A stretch of 64,000 nt of DNA. It comes from Oopsacas minuta. Taxonomy: Eukaryota > Animalia > Porifera. The position numbers and the translations under genes are program-made. Each line of letters starts with the position of its first letter. Within the stretch, counting starts at the first letter, position 1. Where the stretch lies: positions 643,068 to 707,067 of the forward strand of contig JAKMXF010000122.1 in the NCBI GenBank assembly GCA_024704765.1. Reading direction: 5' to 3'. The notes under the pieces are model-generated. The model saw only the letters and a list, made by a program, of their open reading frames with translations, had not been told where the DNA came from and ran no database searches. Shown here in pieces: positions 46,201 to 58,200 of this stretch.

Positions 46201-49200
46201 CATTTTGGGAAGGAATTTCCATCAATCTGAGAGTGTGAAGCTCTCTCAGATTGAAAACGAGGAAGACTGGCCTGAGCCTCTGTTTGCTATGGCAACCTTA
46301 GCAGAATGCGGCCTAAAAAGGCCCAAATTACTATACCATAACCGCTTACGGCCGAAGTGTTATTCGCCATATTTTCACATAATAAGATAATTAGAGTTGA
46401 ACAAGCACCAATTAGAATAGAAACACGATTAATATGATGCCACTGTTAGTTGGAAACATGTTTCAGCTCCACCTGATTTTACTACCGCACTAATATCGTC
46501 ATTAATGTAAATATTTCACTATTCACTCAATATATTTCAACAACAAGGTATATAAACTGGCTAGAGTATATCAGAAGTATCTTTTTTATAGTCTAGCCAA
46601 TTCTCATATCAAATTTGAATTTTGTAATTATACTATTTTTTTGAATGAAGTCAATAAACCAATTTTCCAGCTGATACTTACAAAATAATGAGATAATGAT
46701 AATGAACCGCCACCCGCATGCATGTTCAGATGGATCTAATATGGAGCTGAAACAAGTTTCTCATTAACAGTGGCCAAACAAAAACATTTAATGATCACAG
46801 TAACAAACCATTCTCAGTAGGTCAGCTTGTTGAACAAGAAAGGGAGTTCCATCAATAGTTTGAATTGCATAGAAGAAAACACTAGTGAGAGTAGAGGATA
46901 CTTCAGTACCAATAACATGTTCTGTTACCTCAAATATCAATATCTATGGAAAAGCAAAATAAAATGCCACTTAACTTGGAAGCCTCTAAGTTTAGCTAAA
47001 TATACCGATAAGACTATAAGCGCTTGCTTGCATTACAAAATAATGTATACTGGTGTAGTACTGTATACTGAGTTCTATTTATTAGCCTAACAAAATTGAT
47101 GCAATGTGAACAAAGTGAATGAAAAGTATAACAATTTGATATACGTATAATCCGACAGTGGTGGAGATCTTGTCCCCCTCAAAAGTGCCACTGCTGGACC
47201 GAAAACTGCACTTTCGAATCCGGATCATGGTTCCAATGAATTCAATCAATGCCTCCCAATTCATTTCGCATATTGGAGCCCGTGTCGCTTGTGGCACCGT
47301 CCAGAAGGTCGGAACTATCCCATTCCTCTAAAACCTCCTCGATGTAATCCTTGATGCAGGGGCCTGTAGCGGAGCCTCCCAGAGCTTGAAATCCAAGCAG
47401 GCCCACCTGTACAGGTAGTTCTGATCGACCCAATTAAGGAGAACACTCGCGTAATGGTGTTTGTTCGTCTCTTCATCCCAGAGGTTGACTTCTATTTGGA
47501 AATGTGGGCAACGCTTCCTAAGAGACGTAGTTGGTGGAACGCTTTCAAGTCCTTCAGTGGTGGGAGAAGAATACAGAGAGGTTTCCATTTGGAAGTCTTG
47601 GACAAAAATTTCCTTTCGAAATTATGACATCAACTCTTTGGATTTTCGAAAAATCACATATACCCCTCAATGTGGCAAATATCCTGACGTCATGATCCGG
47701 ACAAAAGCTAACTCATCACGGGATTATTACGTCATCATGACTGTATTTAGAAATTCTGAAATTTTGATTTTTGGTAAAGTGACGAGTTTACTAAACAAAA
47801 GCCACGTAAGATTTCTAGTTTTCCACAGAAGGTCATTAAATGGAACTTGGATAGGCCTTGGATAATAAAAAATTAAAATTCTGAAAAAAATAACTACAAG
47901 GCACGCAATGTCGAGTTTATCCGTCACGTAGCGACCAAAAGCATCAAGAAATGTAGCTGTTTAATAATTATGCTTTGTTAGGGCCTAAACTGTCGCAAAG
48001 CGATCTAGCAAGCGAAGCGCGCTAGTAATATAAGAATAACAAATCAATAATATAATCACTTGCTAAATACAAAATGCCATGATTACAAAGAGACGAATAA
48101 GCTCTAATGGAAATTGTTCGACTGTTTTCAAAATAAGAAATTGTACGGCTGATCAAATAAGAAATAGTTCGAATTTGGCACAAAAAGGAACACAGTTCAA
48201 ATGCTGGCAAAATGAGGAACTGGTTTTAAAATTAATGTAATGGTAGATATATTTCCTATTTTTTTACCAATTCGAACCATTTCCTAATAATACAATAATT
48301 GAATTATTTCATAAAGTCTCATTCGAACTATTTTTCACATGAACAAATTGATCGAACTATCTATTACACTTTTTGTCATTCGAACTATTTCCAGGATTCC
48401 AGATTTTGGGATGCGGGATTATATGGAGGATTTCTATAAAACAGAGAATTTGCAATTATGAAAGAGTTAGAGCAGAAGCGGAAAATCGTTGTGTTTCTTT
48501 ACATAATTTACCGAAAATCAGTTACTTTAATAAATTACATTTGACATTAATTTTATCCTTGGTTTCATCAGGAAAAATTTGAAGAAAACAGAATAAGTCG
48601 AAATTTGAACTCTATTTAGTATAATATCTTGTATTATAATGTTATCATCCTTTGTATTGATTAGATATTCCATCAGGATATTTGATAATTAAATATATAT
48701 TTTTAAAATGCGAATCCGGGATTGGAAACCCAAAATATGTTCGAGAGGCGTCTCAATCTGAGTTCGCCCAAGACGCCATTATGGCTAACGGCCTAGGACG
48801 GTACCTGCAATCTCGAGTATACCTAGAAAATCTTATATCTAACCTGGAAAGATGTTATCTCAATTAGCTTAGCAACTAGTTCATCTATACACAGTAGAGT
48901 TTTCTCTACAGTATCTTCCACAACAATTAGCAACAGGTAGTCGTTATCAATAATGCTTATTACAACATCTTCAGTAGTGCTTCTGCTTGTTGCAACCTCT
49001 TGATCAGAAGCAGTTACTGTGCCACTGATAACTTCTCCAGCTCTTTCGGTAAATATAGCTGCAGTACGCAATGTTCCACTAAGGTTGTCTATTGTAATGT
49101 CTGTAACACTTAGAGAATAACTATAGAGTAATTTACATATAAAATACAGATATATCAGGCCACTCCGATGAATGTCTACAAGTATTGAGGAACTAGAGTC

Positions 49201-52200
49201 AGATTCTTTATGAAGGGTAATTGAGTAAGTATAAGTAAACACACAACACTACAAATGCAGAATATTGGTACAATAATTATCCCCCTTATATGCTTATCAG
49301 ATATTTAATCATGGATGCTGGATTTTGTATATCAGCTTGAATGATATTCAAAAGGTATTTTGAGGAATTCCGTTCGTTGTTGGTTAGTATATTTCCCCGG
49401 TACTATACATGCTTGGATGTTGTCATGTGTAGGTCCTATAGGCAGATGCCCTAATGGCACAGACGATGTGTGATGCCCGTAAGTCAGTCCGCGCGGCAGT
49501 GCGAAATCTAGCTTAACACATATATAAACTACAAAAAATTTGAAGTAGTGAGTTACATGATATTTATAATGCTAATGGGAGAATACAAACGAATATATAT
49601 GATGGCAGACCACTGAGAAGGGGGGAGCTGGGACAAATTCCAAGGTCCCTTTTAAGAACATTAATATGCCTACTAGCATCTCTATAAGTAGTACACAAAC
49701 TCACAAGGTCTATGTCCAATATTAGTGTAAAATTATTAGAAATAGATGTAAAATCTCCCTGTGGCCAAATTGTGGCTGATTTTGGTCATAGGACCTCAGG
49801 TTGAGAACTCTGTTATAGTATAAAATATCGAGATTCATTTGACTTGGCGAATCTATGTTTTAACGGTTCGTACTTACAAAACGTATGCAAAGATGTCAAC
49901 TCTCACTGCAAACTCGTGGGTCAGACAGATTTTCACTGCTCTAAATTTTATACTACGCTTTTTTGGAAGAAATCTCACTCCTTGGTATAGGAGTAACTAG
50001 GGCCATTTTGGGTGGCATATAAACACCCAGATTTGACTCTACCGTAATACAAAAAGTATAGGGCAGGTGGGCATGACGTCATCTTTCCCCACCCTGACTC
50101 ATGAGCTTAGTTGCGCCAATGCTCCTTGGTGACATGTTGAGCAAGCAGGTTTGCATCTTCGAGTGCTAATTAGACATACAGCCAGGGGACAAAAGTATTC
50201 GACCACACAAATATATTGTCATAAATTGTATACTCTTTCCCGCTCCTATATATTGTGTAGTCTATATTCGTAGCTGCTATCTAGTAATTTGTATAGAATA
50301 ACATATGTTTTTCAAGAATTTCAAAAAAATATTTTAGATTGACACTTTTTGAAGGTGTTAATTATTAATAATTATTAGATAATTATTGATAATCAAAATA
50401 TGTGGTAATTCAAAACCTATTAAGAATCTATAATTTCTGACTTGATATTTGAATTCTACGTAGGCGAGTTACCCCAGATTGAAATTTCCAATCGGATTGA
50501 GCAATTTTTACCAGAGTTATAGATGAATTTCAATTTTGTGCCATTTGTGTCACCTTTTGCCGAAGGTGGCACAAGTGGCCGCTACCAAGAGGTTATTTTG
50601 GAATTCAAGGGTTAGCATAGTCATATCATTCGAAAATACTACTTCGACTTATTCCTCCTAACCCTAGTTGATTTCCTTGTAGTGGCGCTTTTTCCTGCCA
50701 CCTGTGCCACTTTTTTCAAAAAGTGGCACAAGTGGGACAAATTGAAATTCTTTTATAACTTTGGTAAAAATTGTTCAATCCGATTGGAAATTTCAATCTG
50801 GGGTAACTCGCCTACGTAGAATTCAAATATCAAGTCAGAAATTATAGATTCTTAATAGGTTTTGAATTACCACATATTTTGATTATCAATAATTATCTAA
50901 TAATTATTAATAATTAACACCTTCAAAAAGTGTAAATCGAAAATATTTTTTTGAAATTCTTGAAAAACATATGTTATTCTATACAAATTACTAGATAGCA
51001 GCTACGAATATAGACTACACAATATATAGGAGCGGGAAAGAGTATACAATTTATGACAATATATTTGTGTGGTCGAATACTTTTGTCCCCTGACTGTATA
51101 AAAAGTAGAACCGATGACAAATATTATAAGTTATATTTCTGAATATGATCAACAAGAGTTCTGGGAAAAATTATGCCTGGTTTAGGGAGCAAGTAGGGGT
51201 TTATGGAGGAATTTCTGAACAGGCACGTTTTTGAATGGTAAGTATTGATCATGTACAATTTTAGCCTCACGTTCAGCACTTTTGTCCTTCCTGGCTGCTG
51301 AATTGGCACTTTTACGTGGCTACCAAACACCTAGATAACCGCTGTACTGTAGGGAGGTGCCTGGCGCACAGATCTTGGATCTCCGGATCTCGGAGGATCC
51401 ACTGTATATATTCTCCTATTGATATGCTGTAAAAATACGAAATTGAGAATTATAATCAAGTCAAAAATTTGGGTCTTTCCAGGGCCGCCAACTCTGTCTC
51501 AGCTGGCCTGTATGATGATGGTAATAGACAATATGCTAGTAAAGTTAATTCAGTATGTATATTTCTATTTCACGTTTTGAAATCTATATCTACATGGTCT
51601 ATCATTTGATTAATCGTAATTTCGCACCGTTTACACATATTTCTCTACCAATTTGACATTTTCAAATCCCTCACTCAATGACAGGGGGGGGCCATCTATT
51701 ATCGACATGTCATCAAATCAACATCTGCGTTATGGTCAGAATATACTTACCGTACTTCACCAGCATCAGAAATATCTGCATCAATTGCCAAAATAGAATC
51801 AATATCGGAATCGTAGGAGGTTGAAGACAACACAGCAAAATAATAAGGTGTGTTTACAAATATAGGATCGTTGTCATTGATATCTGTGACAGTGAGTTGG
51901 AAGATTGAAGAGCCAAACAAAATACAATCAATTCCCACAAACCTTGCACGATTAGTGTTTAAAGGATTACAGTAAGAGCCAAGAATGTGACCGGGTTCCT
52001 AACAAGGAGGTAAAATAGAATAAAATTACAGAGATATTACTGTTTAACTGAATATGGTTCTTACATATCCAATTAATGGAGTTGAAATGGAATTGGAATC
52101 GGAATCTAGTAAAATTACATAAGTTAGTTGTGCCGACTTGGTTCATTAACCGAATACGGCCAGGAAATGTGCGATTGTATGACGTCAAAATGTACTAAAA

Positions 52201-55200
52201 TTAGTATTTGGTGCTGTAATTGATTAAAAAAAAGAAGTGACGAAATTTAGTTAATTTTCATTATGAACATAAAAATTTCAACCACAATGACGCAATAAAA
52301 GTTCATGCCCATATATGGTAATTTTTTCAGAAACTCTCAAAACTTAAACTAATCTTTTTTATCAAAATACCTCCTACTTGTTAAATGTTAGTTTATGTAA
52401 CCAAAAGATGATCTTCATTTTCATAAACACTCATTAAATAATCATTTAAGTGATATTCGCCGTAAAAACAGCATTAAAAAGTCAATCCTAGAAAATCGAA
52501 GAAATTCTATCAAAAAATGTATGCAAACACAAAATAAGTCATAATTGTTAACTATTTTATAAGTTTATTAATATAGTATTTCTATTGTGTATTTGTGCTA
52601 AGTTAATACGAATCATAATTCATTTCATGATATTTGTGGGTTTTTCGATAATATTGGTATTTATTAGTAAAATAATTACCATTATTGAAGGTTAACTTTG
52701 ATTGCGTCATTGTGGTTAAAATAACTTGGAAAGCAGGTTTAATAGTATTCTAGATGTCTCCACCATATGTGTAAACTTATATACAGTTGAATTTGTAATG
52801 ATAACTGCAATTCTTAATGATCAAAGAGAATCTGATCAATGGCCTAGAAAGTATTTTGGCCATTCTTTGCTTAGCTAGCCGTGCATATAGTAGGCCATGG
52901 GTTCGCTCCTTCTTGAGTAACAGTAGACATCTTGAATCACACTATTATATAGTCAACCCAATCTTCACGAACTTAGGAAGTATGGTAACCATGGAGGTTG
53001 GGAACACAAGTTACCAAAATTCGTCAATATAATGAAAGTTGAGGGCTGCCACATAATCAAGTCAGCACCGTAACAAATTTGTGTGGTCCCACACCCGCCT
53101 AATTAGGTTGGAGGCCCCTTTTAAGCAAATAATATATTTTCTGATTAATGAATTATCAGCCAAAAGGTAACTAACAGTGGCCTAATAATTGGATATTCCA
53201 TAAAATGAGTCATCCATGGTCCTTACTGTAGCTCAAAAACGATCTAACTTCATCATGACAATGATTTGCATTCATATTTGAATTTAGAATTTAGTAATTC
53301 GACCTAATTATATTCGTACGTATTTGGTTTTCACTTGTGTTTATATTTGTATCTGAACCAAATCCTGGTACAGTATTCCCGTGGGATAATACACTAACAA
53401 ATACAAATACTGATTCAAATACAAATAGTAAAAATTAGAAAATTTTCAGGAATGTGCCAAATTATTTGGTAAATATGCCATTGTTTGATAGCTTCTAATG
53501 GCCGGTGTAACTATATATATTGCATATTCATTTCCGAGTTAATGTATGACATGATCTACATAAATTTTTATACGAATATAAAAATACTAATAAATAACTC
53601 ACATTATTGATTACTTCCAAATATAAAGTGTAGTTATCCCTCGTCTCGCGATCTAAGCCAATGTTTAAAAATAAATCACCTTGAGATGTGATTTCGAAGT
53701 CTGGTGAAGAGAAGGGAGAATTAATAGCAAATTCAAATTCTGATAATTGATAATTGGATAGTTTGTCTCCATCTGAAGATGTAAATGTTACCAAACGTCT
53801 AGACACTCCGTTTTGACTAATAGGATCGATGTCTTCTGCCATACTTAGAGAATAAAGCTCGCTTGAGAAATTAGGAGGAATATCATTCTCGTCCACAAGT
53901 CTTATAGTAATATTTTGAATGCTAGAGAGAGATGGATCTCCATTATCAGTAACTACTGCAATAGCTGAATAATTTTCTTGTGTTTCTCTGTCTAAGGGAC
54001 CATTAACCCCTACTATCCCATCCGAGTCGATACGGAATGAGCGATCGAATTCAGCAGTATTCTCAGAGGCACTAGAGAATACTACACGTCCATTTTCGAG
54101 ATTAGGATCATCATTATCTTCAGCAGTTAGAACAATTACTAGATCACCTATTTGTGATAGTTCGGAAATAGCTTGAGACGTTATACTATTGGTAAAATAA
54201 GGAGTTTCATCATTGAGGTCAGTTATTGTTATGGAAATTAAAGCACTTCCTTCTAATGCAGGCGTAGTGTTAGTGTTAGGATTAATTGCCATGACAGTAA
54301 TAGATTGTGAGGTAGATACCTCGCGATCAAAACTAGTGACAGTCAATATTTTACCAGTCTCAGAATCAATAACGAAATCCGTGGATGTCAAAAAGAAGAA
54401 TATTTCTGAGTTTTTCGTATCTGCGATATCGTCATCAGATGCTGTTACATTTAGAAGGAATGTACCAGAAGGAGAATTCTCAGGAAGATCTACCAGGTAC
54501 TCGGACTGTCCAAAGACTGGAGCGTGCTCGTTAATGTCGATAATTGTAATAACCAATGTTTCTGTATCAGTTAGCGGAGCGAAAGCACTATCGGAAGCCT
54601 GAATAAGAATATCATAACGAATTATTCCTTCAGCATCTAAAGGATTATTGACTGTAATAGCACCAGAGTCTGAATTAATGGAAAAGTCGTCAAAATGTCC
54701 TCCAAGAATGGCATAAGTAATTTTGGAATTATCACCCAAATCTATGTCAGTTGCATCAACATCAAACACTACGATATTAACAGCAGTAGTCTCTGTAATC
54801 TGTAGGGAGAATATAGTTGTATCAATTATTGGAGCATTATCGTTTACATCAGTGACAGTAATGTTGATAGTAGCAATAGCTGTCATAACAGGATCTCCTT
54901 TGTCAACAGCACGAACCATAATCTGATAGGAATCAGCTGTTTCTCTATCTAACTTTTCTCCCAGTATGACATCACCTGTGTCCAGAGAAATAGAAAACTT
55001 GGGTCCGGAATTAATCAGGCTATATTCAACAACGCCATTTTGTCCCTCATCTAAATCGTTAGCAAAGACTGTTCCAATAATGAACAATACATTCTTATCC
55101 TCTGAGACAACGAAACTGTAAGAGGTTGGGTTAAATATTGGAGGGTGATCATTCGCATCAGTGATTGTAATAGTAACTCCCACAGTTGCACACATTATTC

Positions 55201-58200
55201 CTACTCCCATATCACAAGCAGTTACCATCAGGTTGTATGATGACTGTACTTCTCTGTCTAAATCCGTTGTATTAACACTGATGCTACCGTTAGTAGCCTC
55301 AATAGCAAAATGATCTGCATTCACACCATCAGAAATGGTGTAAACTAATTCTGCATTGGTTGTAGCGTCATCATCAGTAGCTTCAACTAAAATCACAAAA
55401 GAATTAATGGCTGAATCTTCTTGCACGGAAGCTTCATAAGGAGGCATAAAAACAGGGGCATGGTTGTTAACGTCAGTGATATTGATTGTGAGTGTTGAAC
55501 TGACAGAGAGGGCTGGGGAACCATTGTCTGTAACCAGTATTTCTAATGTGTAAAGTGGGACGGTGTTAAAATCGAGAGCTCGAATGGTAGTTATTTGTCC
55601 GGTAACGGATTCGACACTGAATACAGTGTCGATATTACCATCAATAATTTCGAAAACAAACTCTCCGTTAGACGATATGTCATTATCATCTGCCAACAAT
55701 AGGAATACATTGAATCCACCAAATACATCTTCATCTATGTCAATAGAAAATGGGAGATTTGTAAAGAATGGAATTTCATCATTTTCATCTTCAATAGCTA
55801 TAATTGCAACTATTGTATCACTAAATAACTGAGGAATCCCATTATCACCAATGATCAATACCAAACTGTATTCATCATTATTCTCCCTGTCTAGTACCAT
55901 TTGGTTTACTACAATATAGGCAACAGATGCACCAGACGCCTGAACGATTTTAAATGTATCATTATTACCACCCTGAATAATGAAAACAAATTGCCCATTT
56001 ATTCCAGAGTCTTGATCCGAACCACATATCTGTCCTACTGTTGTGTCTACAGGAGAATTTTCTGAAATAGAAAAACTATAATCAACTGTCTGACAAAAAA
56101 ATGGACGATTATTATTCGTGTCAGTAATTTCGATGTGAAGAGAGGTAATGCTAGATTTAGTTAAATCTCCAGTTTCAAATGCCCTGATAGTTAATTCAAA
56201 TATTGTATTCTCTGAATTGAGAAGAGATGCACGAGTAGAGACAGCTCCAGTGGTTGCATTAATTTCAAATAATAAATCTTGATTGCCTCCAACAATTTCA
56301 TAGTTTATAACGCCATTAGTATCGGCATCTGAAGCAGTTAGTTGTATAATAAATGTGCCATTGGTGGCATTTTCAAGTACTCCAGCGGTGTAAGGAGGAG
56401 AATCAAAAAGTGGCACGTTAGTATTCTTATCCAAGACATTGATGATAACCGCAATAGTTCCAGTTAGCGCAGGGCTACCTTGATCAGCAGCAAGTAAGTC
56501 AAAGGTATATTGACTCTGACCATTCAGACCAGATGAATCAAGATCTAGAGACTCTGTTAGCCGTATAACGCCTGTACTGGGGTCTACAGAAAATATTGTA
56601 GATTCTGGAGAAGCTGAATAAATAATATCTCCTCCATCTCCTAGGTCAGGATCGGTAGCAACTGGAAAGAGAATTATAGTTGTTATGAGAGTTGTCTCTT
56701 GAATATCAGTAGTGAAAGATGTTACACCAGGAAAAGAAGGTACTACATCATTTAGATCATTTATATCAATAATAACATTAGCAGTGGCAGTCAGTCGATC
56801 TTGTACAATACTTGCATCGTCACGGACTATCACTTCAAATGAATATCTGTCTGTCATTTCACGATCAAGCGATCCGGAGACTGTAATATTTCCAGTAGTA
56901 CTATTTATAGTAAATGGTAATAGAGCACCAGCAGTGGGGTCCTGATAGCTAAATACTAATATAGCGTTTTCATCAATATCGAGGTCTGTAGCAATAAGAT
57001 ACACAACATCAGTATCATTAGGACTATTCTCATCTACTTTTCTTGTGTAGAGAGTTTGCGAGAATTCTGGCGTATTATCATTAAAATCTTCCACTGTTAG
57101 GGTCACGGTAGCGGTAGTACTCATGAATGTAGCACCACTGTCAAACGCTGCGATAACTATTTCATAAGAGTTAGTTGTTTCTCTATCTAATGATCCTATT
57201 AATTTGATATCACCAGTTGTACGATTTACTTCGAACTTTCCCTCAGTCCCTGAAAATAGCGAATAGGATATTTGCATATTAGCTCCTTCATCCCTATCAG
57301 TAGCAACAACAGTAGTAATCGAAGTCCCAATTATTATGTTCTCTAAAACAGTTTCAGCATAAGATGCCGGAGAGAATATAGGAGGGTTGTCATTAACATC
57401 TTGAACAGTAATATCAAGAGAAACATTTGACGTTAGGGAGGGAGATCCTGCGTCTGTAGCGATAATTAGAAGACTAAAACTACCCACTGTCTCACGATCA
57501 AGAGTAACTGAAGGGTTTAAGAATATGTTCCGGGTAGTGGTGATATCAAAGATAGAATTATCATCTAAGCTCAGAGTAAACATTGAATTTTCTGCTTGGT
57601 CTATGTCAACAACTGAGATAGGCGTATTCTAAACAAAGAATAAATAAACTTAACAGATATTGAATATTAGGAAAAGGAGAGATACTGTATGTAAGTACAG
57701 TGACGATTATATTAGTTCAGTGAGAATAATTTCTGATAATTATCTCAAAAGAATTCGATCAAATTGGATAAATATTCGATATTAGAAAGAATTTGAAACG
57801 GAGTTTTACATTAAGAAATTTGAAACATTTTGAGCTATTATCTCGGAGATGTCCTGACTTAAAGTTGTGTGCCACTAGTGGCATAAAAATATCAATAACT
57901 CAACATTCGTTACTCCAAATATCCCGATATTTCACTCATACGAACATCAGACATGTCAAATACTAATATGTTACCAGGATTACTTCATATACCTGTGAGT
58001 ATAAAAACAAAATTTAAGATATAAATATTGATCTACAAATATTACCAAGTCAACAGTAAATCCACTACTGGCATCTTCAGAAATAGAACCAGTATATGCA
58101 GGCAGAGCGAATGAAGGCGGATTATCATTAACATCGGATATGGTTACGGTTACAGTAGCTGTTGCTTGCCGAATCGGGGTACCACTATCCTGTGCAAGTA

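Noticed and set aside
53335-53392. Possible micro-exon (ag|TGTATT...CACAA|gt) in gene A
   Set aside because: The 53603/51998 junction is already in phase with a stronger acceptor, and the peptide is not cadherin-like.
54213-56945. Plus-strand ORFs at 54213, 54723, 55563, 56712 (also 62612, 63658, 31660, 41757, 46827)
   Set aside because: Antisense shadows of cadherin exons; no independent motifs.
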